This document shows, piece after piece, positions 9,880-17,654 of a stretch of 62,693 nucleotides of DNA. The position numbers and the translations under genes were made by a program. Source of the stretch: a virus (lineage: Duplodnaviria; Caudoviricetes). The notes under the pieces were generated by a model. The model had not been told where the DNA came from. It worked only from the letters and a program-made list of their open reading frames with translations, and ran no database searches. Every line of letters starts with the position of its first letter. Position 1 is the first letter of the stretch. The stretch spans positions 1-62,693 of IMG/VR virus record IMGVR_UViG_3300049259_000169, one strand, 5' to 3'.

Positions 9880-10227
9880 CTACCCATCCTGACTGACTTT
9901 CTCACTTGACTTGCTGCCTGACCCGGCAGTCTCCGGCGGCCACGGTCTGCCGTACCGCTTCGCGATGTACTCCGGCGACGTCGCGCCCTTGCCGTTGCCC
10001 CAGTGTGGCTGACGGGCCAGCAGCGGCTCGTACTCCGCGCCGATCTCGTCGACCAGGGCCTCGATCAGCCGTTGGCGCACCCAGTCGGAGGAATTCTTGA
10101 ACCCGGCCCGGACCGCGGCCTCCCGGACTAGCGCCGGGAAGTCTGCCGAGACGTTCGTCTTGAGGTACGCGGTCAGCTCGATCTCCGGCCCATCCCCCAG
10201 CTCGTCCCCCAGCTCCGGTTCAGGCAT
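9880..10227 (-). CDS. putative ribbon-helix-helix DNA-binding protein
   Basis: LKTNVSADFPALVREAAVRAGFKNSSDWVRQRL fits a strand-helix-helix pattern. Confidence 0.5.
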   Translation of the reverse strand: MPEPELGDELGDGPEIELTAYLKTNVSADFPALVREAAVRAGFKNSSDWVRQRLIEALVDEIGAEYEPLLARQPHWGNGKGATSPEYIAKRYGRPWPPETAGSGSKSSEKVSQDG

Positions 10228-10843
10228 CGACGGGAACCTCCTGCTCGAGGTCACCGACGAGAACGGCGTCCACGATGTCCTCGTCGACCTTGGCCGTGGA
10301 GGACCGGGCCTCCAGCTCGCGGATCTCGTCGTCCGGGGCGTCGTCGCCGAAGATGTCGCCCTCCTCCAGCTGGGGCGCACCCTGCTGCTGGATGCGCAGC
10401 GCGACCTCCATGATCATGTCGCTGGTCGGGTTGGACACGATGACCTGCTGGGGCGCCTGGAGGCCGTAGATCCGGACCCAGTCGTTGATGAGGCCGCGGT
10501 ACTCCCGGACCGCCGCCAGGTGCTCGTCGGAGTCGCCGTTGAGCGCCTTCTTCGACACCGAGCGGAGCACGTTCTCCAGCCGCCGGCCGGCCATGTCCCG
10601 CATCATCGAGATCGACTTGGGGTGCTCGCGGAGCTCGTTCTCCATGTACCGCTCGATCGCGACACGGGCCGCGGTCGCGTCCGGGTAGCCGCACTTCTTC
10701 GCGACCACGTCGAGCGGCTTGTGCTTCTCGACGTAGAGGTCGACCGCCATCGCGGCCTTGCGGTTGCGGGCGATGGTGGTGGCGCGCTGCACGCTCTTCG
10801 AGGTCTCGCGCACGCCGGTCGGGTCGGTCGGGTCCTGCTCCAT
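10220..10843 (-). CDS. probable terminase small subunit (HTH)
   Basis: HTH-like PLDVVAKKCGY, helical body, RIYGLQAPQQ, acidic tail; upstream of terL. Confidence 0.6.
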   Translation of the reverse strand: MEQDPTDPTGVRETSKSVQRATTIARNRKAAMAVDLYVEKHKPLDVVAKKCGYPDATAARVAIERYMENELREHPKSISMMRDMAGRRLENVLRSVSKKALNGDSDEHLAAVREYRGLINDWVRIYGLQAPQQVIVSNPTSDMIMEVALRIQQQGAPQLEEGDIFGDDAPDDEIRELEARSSTAKVDEDIVDAVLVGDLEQEVPVDA

Positions 10844-10954
10844 GCCGCGAGGGTACTCGCAAGGCCGCCGGTTTCGGCGTAGCCTGCGCGCAGAGCCGCA
10901 GCCCGCGAGGGGTTAGGCCAGTTGCCCGTGCAGGGCAGAAAGTGAGGGGCAGCC

Positions 10955-11446
10955 ATGCCCAGAGAGACCATCGACCCCAAGCAGCTGGACGTCTTGAGGA
11001 TGGACAGTGCCGGAGCTCTCAACATCCGCTCGATCCCGCCGCAGAGCTTCCCGCGGCTCGAGGTCCAGTGGGACCGCCTCGCCGGTGGTGACGTGAATAT
11101 CGGACTCCACACCGCCGCGCCCGCGACCGGCACGTCGGTGGACCTCCATGAGATCAGCGTCGTCCGCCACATGTACGGGCAGAACCTCGCCGACATCGGC
11201 GAGGCGCTGGAGGCCCTGATCGTGAAGCACGGGCGGGCCGTCACTGACGACGAGTTTGACGAGAACGACCCGGATCACGTCGTCGACTTCGATGGGGCAT
11301 TCCTCGGCGAGCTGGTGCTCCAGGCGGTCGAGGCGGCCGGGGCGTACCGCAGCTGGCACACCTACCTGGATCGGCATGGGCTGAACCGACTGATCGCGGT
11401 GCTCAAGAAGGCCGGCGCAGCGGCGTTCGGTCGCGACCAGTGGTGA
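10955..11446 (+). CDS. hypothetical protein
   Basis: GAGGGG RBS and GC3-rich codons. Confidence 0.7.
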   Translation: MPRETIDPKQLDVLRMDSAGALNIRSIPPQSFPRLEVQWDRLAGGDVNIGLHTAAPATGTSVDLHEISVVRHMYGQNLADIGEALEALIVKHGRAVTDDEFDENDPDHVVDFDGAFLGELVLQAVEAAGAYRSWHTYLDRHGLNRLIAVLKKAGAAAFGRDQW

Positions 11447-11450
11447 GGTA

Positions 11451-11651
11451 ATGGCCTGCCCGGAGGACCACCTTGAGTACGCGTCGGAGACGCTGGCGGC
11501 TAACGCGTACGTGCTCCACCACTGGGTGAACCCGAGCTGCCAGGCGTTTGCCTGGTTCCCCTGTGGGGACCATTGGCACGTCGGCCACCCGGACCGGGTG
11601 CTGGGCGAGCAGTGCAAGGCCAAGGGTGCCGGCAAGCCCGTCCGGACGTGA
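11451..11651 (+). CDS. small Cys/His-rich hypothetical protein
   Basis: GAGGT RBS; FPCGDHWHVGH motif. Confidence 0.6.
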   Translation: MACPEDHLEYASETLAANAYVLHHWVNPSCQAFAWFPCGDHWHVGHPDRVLGEQCKAKGAGKPVRT

Positions 11652-11653
11652 CG

Positions 11654-11697
11654 AGACCCCCACCGCCAGTTACTTCCCCGGCTGGCGGTGGGGGTCT
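11654..11697. terminator. probable bidirectional terminator
   Basis: 16-bp stem AGACCCCCACCGCCAG/CTGGCGGTGGGGGTCT between convergent genes. Confidence 0.8.
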
Positions 11698-11727
11698 TCG
11701 TACCTCCCCGATGAGGGTGTGCCCAGC

Positions 11728-12117
11728 TTACGTGGAGAGCACCACGTAGGAGACGACCGAGGTGTCGGTGTTGTCGGAGGAGGTGATCGTGACCGTGTCC
11801 GCCGACGCGATGGCGATCAGGGCCTTGGGCGCGGCCACCGTTCCGAGAGACCGGACGGTGACGATGACCTCGTCGCCCGCGACGACGCCGGGCACCGCGG
11901 TGGCCTTGGTGCCAGCGACCAGGGTGGCACGGCCCTTGGCCTTGATGTAGCCGCCACCAGAGGCGCCCAGGCTGGCGAACGAGGTGGTGCCGTCGCCGAT
12001 CTTGAGGATCTTCTTGGTGGTGTCGATGCCGAGCTCGCCGTCCCCGAGGACCGGGCCGGAGGCCCAGTCGGTGGTGGTGCCGGACCGGATGTTGGCCCGC
12101 TCGCTGACTACGCTCAT
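11728..12117 (-). CDS. small virion-type protein with Mtd-N/hyaluronidase-N-like domain
   Basis: AGGAG RBS; RSGTTTDW..PVLGDGELGIDT....KIGDG motif; beta-rich C-terminus. Confidence 0.7.
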   Translation of the reverse strand: MSVVSERANIRSGTTTDWASGPVLGDGELGIDTTKKILKIGDGTTSFASLGASGGGYIKAKGRATLVAGTKATAVPGVVAGDEVIVTVRSLGTVAAPKALIAIASADTVTITSSDNTDTSVVSYVVLST

Positions 12118-12237
12118 GGTGTGCTCCTGCTGGTGTGGGTGACTAGTCGAGTGCAGCGTAGACCCAGCGGGTCGCGCTGGCAGGGAGTCAGGTCGATCGG
12201 CTACCGTGTGTGTCGCATGTTCTCTCCGTTCGTGCAA

Positions 12238-12274
12238 GCAGCAGCCCCGGTCCTCCCATAGCCGGGGCTGCTGC
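12238..12274 (-). terminator. GC-rich hairpin, probable terminator
   Basis: GCAGCAGCCCCGG/CCGGGGCTGCTGC just after the 12285 stop. Confidence 0.6.
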
Positions 12275-12284
12275 AGTTCCGGAG

Positions 12285-12545
12285 CTACTCCCCGTCGGGG
12301 ATGCCCTCGAACGTGATCGCCACATCCTTGCCGAGCAGCTCCTCGAACTCCTCGTACGCGCCGCCCGGGGTCTCGAACACGACCATGCTGATGGTCCCCT
12401 GCGGCGTGTACTTCGACCAGTCGACATTGTCGGGCGTACCGCTCCGGGTGACCGCGTTCAGGATCACGGTCGCGACCTTCCCGTCCGCGTTGGCCTGCCG
12501 CTTGTTGAACTCCGCGACCCGGAACCGGGCCAGAATCTTCGCCAT
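12285..12545 (-). CDS. small phage hypothetical protein
   Basis: GAGGT RBS; N..WSKYTP.G.I.M motif common in small phage proteins. Confidence 0.75.
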   Translation of the reverse strand: MAKILARFRVAEFNKRQANADGKVATVILNAVTRSGTPDNVDWSKYTPQGTISMVVFETPGGAYEEFEELLGKDVAITFEGIPDGE

Positions 12546-12878
12546 CTTTTTACCTCTCGGGTTGGGGGGCAACCGGAGTCGCCGCACCTATGAACCAACG
12601 GGACTGCAACGGCTGCGAGCACCCAGTACGAGTCGCCCGACCTGCGTATCAAGATACGGCATCGGCAGGGCTGCTCCGGTGGAACGCGCACACGTAGCCG
12701 GGCTCGCACAGCCAGCACGGGGTGTGCGGGTCGGCGATCACAGCCGACCAGGGGACATGCACCGTCCCGGACTTGGCCTTGATGGCGCTGCCCTCGGGGC
12801 CACCGGGTCTCCAGTCGCGCTCGTCGAGGCCATCGCCGGGGCCGCGGGTCTCGTAGATCGACTGCAACGCGCCATGCC

Positions 12879-13172
12879 TCACGGGATCACCTGACTGGCG
12901 TCGGCATCGAGCAGCGCCACGATCTCCTCGTCTCCGACCTCGCGGCCGCACACGTGCAGGTTCTCGTCGATCTCCGGCAGGTTCCAGATGCCCACCCCAG
13001 CCGCGCAGTACGCGACCAGCGTCGGGATGCTCACGTCGGTCAGGGTGCCGTCGAGCACGACGTCGCCGCAGTGCGTGCAGGCCATGGTGGAGCCCCTGAG
13101 CCAGACCTGACCCTTGACGCCGCAGCCCGGCGCGTGCTCCTCAAGGGCCAGGTAGCCGATGTAGATCGTCAC
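12879..13172 (-). CDS. Cys-containing hypothetical protein
   Basis: CTHC motif; its C-terminal 35 codons have a diverged copy at 35694-35798. Confidence 0.7.
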   Translation of the reverse strand: MTIYIGYLALEEHAPGCGVKGQVWLRGSTMACTHCGDVVLDGTLTDVSIPTLVAYCAAGVGIWNLPEIDENLHVCGREVGDEEIVALLDADASQVIP

Positions 13173-13330
13173 GACTCACCGCCGAATCGTCGCCAGGACC
13201 GCGGCCACCGCGATGCAGCCGAGGCCGATCAGCAGGAACGGCAGCAGCAGGATCGGCATGAGGACGGCGGCGGCGACCACGAAGACCGTCATGGGCAGCG
13301 CGGTGGAGGCCCCGCCATAGTGGCCGGTGC

Positions 13331-13582
13331 TCATTCCGACACCTCCAAACCCGGCAGACCCGGCAGACCCGGCAGACCCGGCAGACCCGGCAGCAGCGAC
13401 TGGAGGGTGAGCATGGCGGATGCGAACAGCGTCTCGCTGTCGACGAAGCAGCAGAACGTGCCCGCCTCGTCGTAGCCGGCCAAGATCCGCCCCTGCGGGT
13501 CGACCAGGGCCTGCGCCCACCTCTTGCCGGTCGTGTCGGTGTCGCCGGTGGCGACGTCGCGGTCGATGCTGGGCTGGTTCAC
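13331..13582 (-). CDS. hypothetical protein with (LPG)5 tail
   Basis: GTGA overlap with the upstream stop. Confidence 0.55.
   Translation of the reverse strand: MNQPSIDRDVATGDTDTTGKRWAQALVDPQGRILAGYDEAGTFCCFVDSETLFASAMLTLQSLLPGLPGLPGLPGLPGLEVSE
13349..13393. repeat. 9-bp tandem repeat ACCCGGCAG x5
   Basis: Read directly; in frame. Confidence 0.9.
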
Positions 13583-14070
13583 CGGTCCCGCCTTCCGGAG
13601 CCGCCCGCCGGGAGGGCCAGTAGTGACGGCGGCATCTTGCCGGTGGCGTAGGACTCGGCGATCTGCGGGACGACCCAGTCCCCCACCGTGGACCCGTTGG
13701 GCAGCACCATGTGCATGGCGAACTCCTCCTCGAAGGTGACGATGCCCGCCTCGACGGCCTCGAGCTTGGCCTTGATGACCAGGGCGAGCGCCCGCCACCG
13801 CTGCCGGACCGCCTGCTCGTACGCCGCCTCGACCTGCGAGTCGGACCGGCGGTTGTTGCGGGTCGGCGTGTGGGTGAACTCCCGGTCCTCGCGGTCGGGC
13901 AGCGGCAGGACGAACCGGATCTGCCGGTCGGCGGCGACGAAGCCGACCATCGCGCGCTCCTGCTCCCACCCGTAGGCGAACGAGGTGGCGCCGTACCGGG
14001 CGAGGGTCCGCTCGATCTCGCTGCGTGACTTGTCCGAGCTGACCGAGGTGTCGGCCGCATAGGTGCCCAT
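13579..14070 (-). CDS. conserved phage hypothetical protein
   Basis: YAADTSV...SRSEIE..L.RYGA and WRALALVIKAKLEAVEAGI motifs; GAACGGAGA upstream. Confidence 0.85.
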   Translation of the reverse strand: MGTYAADTSVSSDKSRSEIERTLARYGATSFAYGWEQERAMVGFVAADRQIRFVLPLPDREDREFTHTPTRNNRRSDSQVEAAYEQAVRQRWRALALVIKAKLEAVEAGIVTFEEEFAMHMVLPNGSTVGDWVVPQIAESYATGKMPPSLLALPAGGSGRRDR

Positions 14071-14451
14071 CAGTTCTTCTCCGTTCGGGTGCCGGGAGCG
14101 CCGACGCGCTCCACGTGGATGTGGACATCGCAGGTGTGCAGGAGCGGCTCGAGAAGGTGCGCGGTGAACGCCTGGAGGATCGCGCCGCCGCTGTTCACCT
14201 CGATCGTCACGTCGATCCGGGGCCTCACCAGTCCTCCACTCGCTGTACGGTCTCGACGCGGACGGCGCGCCACTCCTGCTCGGACACGTTCTCCCGCAGC
14301 GAGACGAGCACGGCCCGCGTCGACTGCCCGGTGGCGGTGAACGACGGATCGGCGGGGTAGCGCTCCCAGGGCGTGACTGCCGCCTCGGGTGTCGCCGGCC
14401 TCCGGTGCTGGATGACCCACTGGGTGGAGCGGTGGCCGCCGGCTGGGGTCT

Positions 14452-14661
14452 TCACGACGCCTCTCCCATCATCTTGAGAGTCGCAACGAGGTCACGGTCG
14501 TGCTTGACGGCCACCGCGAGTGATGCGCGGATGACGTCGGAGCGACTCAGTCCGTGGTGCTTGGCGGTCTGGTCGAGCCAGTCCCTGGACGAGGGGCGGA
14601 TGAGGACGGTGATCGGGACCCTGGGCTCCTTGGCCGGCGGTCCGGTGAGGTTCTCTGCCAT
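14452..14661 (-). CDS. CopG-like ribbon-helix-helix regulator
   Basis: ITVLIRPSSRDWLDQTAKHHGLSRSDVIRASL. Confidence 0.75.
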   Translation of the reverse strand: MAENLTGPPAKEPRVPITVLIRPSSRDWLDQTAKHHGLSRSDVIRASLAVAVKHDRDLVATLKMMGEAS

Positions 14662-14672
14662 GCCCGAACCCT

Positions 14673-14713
14673 ACCACTTATGTTCCGATGTGGTTATGCG
14701 GAACATAAGTGGT
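14673..14713. promoter_or_regulatory. 15-bp perfect inverted repeat, probable operator
   Basis: ACCACTTATGTTCCG-N11-CGGAACATAAGTGGT between two RHH-like genes, abutting a -10-like TAGGGT. Confidence 0.65.
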
Positions 14714-14892
14714 CAGTCCTTCTCCTCGAGCTGCCGGCGGACCTTGGCGAGCTCGGCGAGCGCCACGTCGCGCAACCAGGTGCCGGGTGCTCGGGCGCCG
14801 CGGGCGATCTCGATGGCGGCGAGCTCGTTGGGAGTGAACCGGGCCCCGACGACCTTGCCCTTGAGCAGCTGCGGACTGACCTTCGATCCCAT
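14713..14892 (-). CDS. RHH/MobC-like small DNA-binding protein
   Basis: VVGARFTPNELAAIEIARG....TWLRDVAL; GAGAGGA RBS. Confidence 0.65.
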   Translation of the reverse strand: MGSKVSPQLLKGKVVGARFTPNELAAIEIARGARAPGTWLRDVALAELAKVRRQLEEKD

Positions 14893-15622
14893 GGCGGGTC
14901 CTCTCGTGGTGTGCAGCGTGGTGTGCTGGCGCCCTGACCGCCACAGTCCGGTGGTCGGTGCTGGCGGTGGGCCGGTTCTGGTGCTGGTGGCAGTCGACCA
15001 TCTTCCGTCTGCGGGCCTGTTAACGATCCGGTGGGCCTCCACCCTGCCTGATGCCCTGTTCGGCGCTCACAGGCCGGTTTCTGGCCTCCCAGCGAGATGT
15101 TAACGCACCCTCTGGCGAAACAGAACGCATCTGGGGAGACGACCAGCGTGTATCGGGGGCCCGGCGCCTGGGGAACGGGGTGACCGGGGGGTGGGTTACC
15201 TCGGGTAACCGAGGGCCCGCCTCGGCCAGAGTCCCCCTCCTGACTGACCCGGCTGACTTGACTGACCCGGCTGACAGGTGTTGACTCAGGTCTGAGGCCC
15301 CCGCATGGCGCGGACCGGCCTGTGAGAGAAGGGCAGCATCATGACGGACTCCGGACTCAGCAGGTTCCAGCGGACGCACCTTGCGTTGGCTCGGGAGGCG
15401 GCACAGGTCCACGTCGCCTCGGTCCACGGCGACACTCTCGACAGTGACTGTGAGCGGTGCGTGGCGCTGGCGGCGGCGCTGGGGTTGGACATCGTCCACC
15501 GGCATCACACTCGCCGCGTGCACTGAGGAACGGCACTGCCCCGCCGTGCAGGCGGCACCCGGTTCACGACCGGGCGGGGCACGACCGGACGACTGGTCCG
15601 GCACAACTGAATGGAGAGAGTC

Positions 15623-16306
15623 ATGTCGGAAGACACGAAGACCCCGAAGTCTCTGACCTCGGCGCAGCACGTGTCCGCGATCAAGCGGGCGCACGTCGCG
15701 GCGGGGAAGGGACAGCACTCGGCGGGCCTCGCGGTGTTCGCGGCGGAGTCGGCGGGCATGCTGACGTTCGACCGGGCCACCAAGGGCAACCCGATCGCGG
15801 AGGGTGTCGTCACCCGCTCAGGGCTGGCCAAGACCCTCGGGTGCTCGCCCACGCTGGTCAGCAAGTACCGGTCCATCGGTCGCCTGTCGGCGGTCCACGG
15901 GGTCACCCCCGATCACGCCGACTCAACGTTCGCGTACGCCTCGGGTGCCACCGCGTGGATGACCGAGGCGCTGGACACCGGCGACACGGCGGCGGTCCTC
16001 AGGGCCATCGCCGATCACCGGCCGGGCAGCAAGTCCGGCAGCGGTGGCGTCAAGGGCAAGAACGTCAAGGGCAAGAAGGCCAGCGCCGCGTCTGAGAAGG
16101 GGCCGGTTGTCCCGGTCGTCACCCGGGCCACGCTGGAGCAGGAGGTCACCCGCGTCACCACGTGGATGACCGCCAACTCCGGCAAGCGCCTCGACGGGCT
16201 GACGGCGGAGTCGCTGGCCACGATCAGGGCATTGCTGGTCGCGGCGACCGAGAGCGTCGAGGCCGCGCAGGTTCGCAAGTCGGGCACCGTCGAGGCGGCG
16301 GCCTGA
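15623..16306 (+). CDS. basic Ala/Lys-rich protein with putative HTH
   Basis: TRSGLAKTLGCSPTLVSKYR; first clear gene of the rightward arm. Confidence 0.7.
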   Translation: MSEDTKTPKSLTSAQHVSAIKRAHVAAGKGQHSAGLAVFAAESAGMLTFDRATKGNPIAEGVVTRSGLAKTLGCSPTLVSKYRSIGRLSAVHGVTPDHADSTFAYASGATAWMTEALDTGDTAAVLRAIADHRPGSKSGSGGVKGKNVKGKKASAASEKGPVVPVVTRATLEQEVTRVTTWMTANSGKRLDGLTAESLATIRALLVAATESVEAAQVRKSGTVEAAA

Positions 16307-16345
16307 CCCGGCCTGACCCGGTCTGAACACGGTGCCAGCACGACA

Positions 16346-16380
16346 GAGAGGGTCCCCGCGCAGTCGGCGGGGGCCCTCTC
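16346..16380 (+). terminator. hairpin after the HTH gene
   Basis: GAGAGGGTCCCCGC/GCGGGGGCCCTCTC. Confidence 0.6.
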
Positions 16381-16499
16381 AGCGCGTCGGTTACCCCGGG
16401 TAACCGAGCCTCCCTCGACCGGTTGTTAACCGGGTCGCGCTTTCCCGTACCGGACCCTCCGGTGCGGGTGAGTGAGACCAAGCGAGACGGAGAAGTGAG

Positions 16500-16970
16500 A
16501 TGGACAAGTCAATGAACCAATCAGCCAGCCAGTCAGTGGGCCGGTCAGTGGGCCGCCGCGCTGGTAGCGCGGCCCGCCTGGCGCTGGCCACGATCGCGGT
16601 CGGAGCCGCCGTTGCTGGAGCGCTGATCGCGACCGGTGACGGAGCCCAGTCGGCAGGCGGGTCGGCAGATGGGTCGGCCAATGGGCCGGCCAATCAGCAC
16701 GTGGCGTGCGACCGGATCTGGTTCCACGGCCACACGGTGGCCGACGAGGACCGGTGCCGCGACAACGGCTGGAAGGTGCGGCCGCTGTACGTGATCTCGG
16801 CGACCGGTGACCGGATGTGGACCGGTGTCGGACCGTGCCCGACCGAGGACAGCAGGCGCTGCTACTGGAACGCCCGCAGGCGGGGCAACCACCGCGGCCA
16901 CTCGTTCGTCCAGCTCGGTCGGCTCGGCACCTTCTACGGGCTGGTCGAGATCAACGGGCGCAAGGCGTGA
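16500..16970 (+). CDS. secreted or membrane-anchored Cys-rich protein
   Basis: Signal-like hydrophobic stretch; PCPTEDSRRCYWNA..RGN.RGHSF motif. Confidence 0.7.
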   Translation: MDKSMNQSASQSVGRSVGRRAGSAARLALATIAVGAAVAGALIATGDGAQSAGGSADGSANGPANQHVACDRIWFHGHTVADEDRCRDNGWKVRPLYVISATGDRMWTGVGPCPTEDSRRCYWNARRRGNHRGHSFVQLGRLGTFYGLVEINGRKA

Positions 16971-17580
16971 GGACCCAGCGCCGAGGGTGATCGGCGCAGC
17001 CTGGCCACGGGTCACACCGTGGCCGGGCACTCAGTCCGCTCAATCGGTGAGCGGCCAGACGGTTACTCAGGTAACCGAGAACGGAGATGGTCCCCATGGG
17101 ACGCAAGAACAGCAGCACCAGGAATCGGGTCGGCGACCGCCGGCCGCAGTCCAGCAAGCGCAGCCGGGCGATGACCCCGGAGCTCGACCTCATGGTGCGG
17201 TTCAGCATGAGCCGCGACCGTGACCGGGAGGGGATGGGCCGATGAGCAGCCACACCGGGATGCACGCGCTTGGGTCCGCCGGACGGGCGGTGGAGTCGGT
17301 CGACCGGTCGGTCAATCAGCCGGTCAGCCAGCAGGCGCAGCGGCACGTCCACAACTTCCGCTCGGACATCGGCGACTGGTGGTGTCGCGACTGCGGCACG
17401 GTCACTGACTTCTGCGAGCAGCTGAACCCGGGCGCGAGCTCGGCCAAGGAGGGTCCGCAGTGATGGGCCTACTGATCCTCGCCACGTACGTGGCGGAGGC
17501 GGTCGGGGCGGTCGGGATCGTGGCCGGTGTCGTGATGCTGGTGCTGTCCGGGCCCCCGTCGGACGGAGGTGGTAGCAGGC

Positions 17581-17609
17581 TTGACTGACCGGGCAGACCT
17601 GCCTAGTCT
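17581..17609 (+). promoter_or_regulatory. sigma-A-type promoter
   Basis: TTGACT-N17-TAGTCT, followed by a GTTAC palindrome and GAACGGAGA. Confidence 0.75.
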
Positions 17610-17654
17610 GATGTCCTGAGTTACCCGAGTAACCCAACCGAACGGAGAGAGCAG

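Noticed and set aside
13349-13393. Tandem repeats (also 45497-45544) as phase-variation switches
   Set aside because: Unit lengths of 9 and 12 keep the frame and lie at C-termini.
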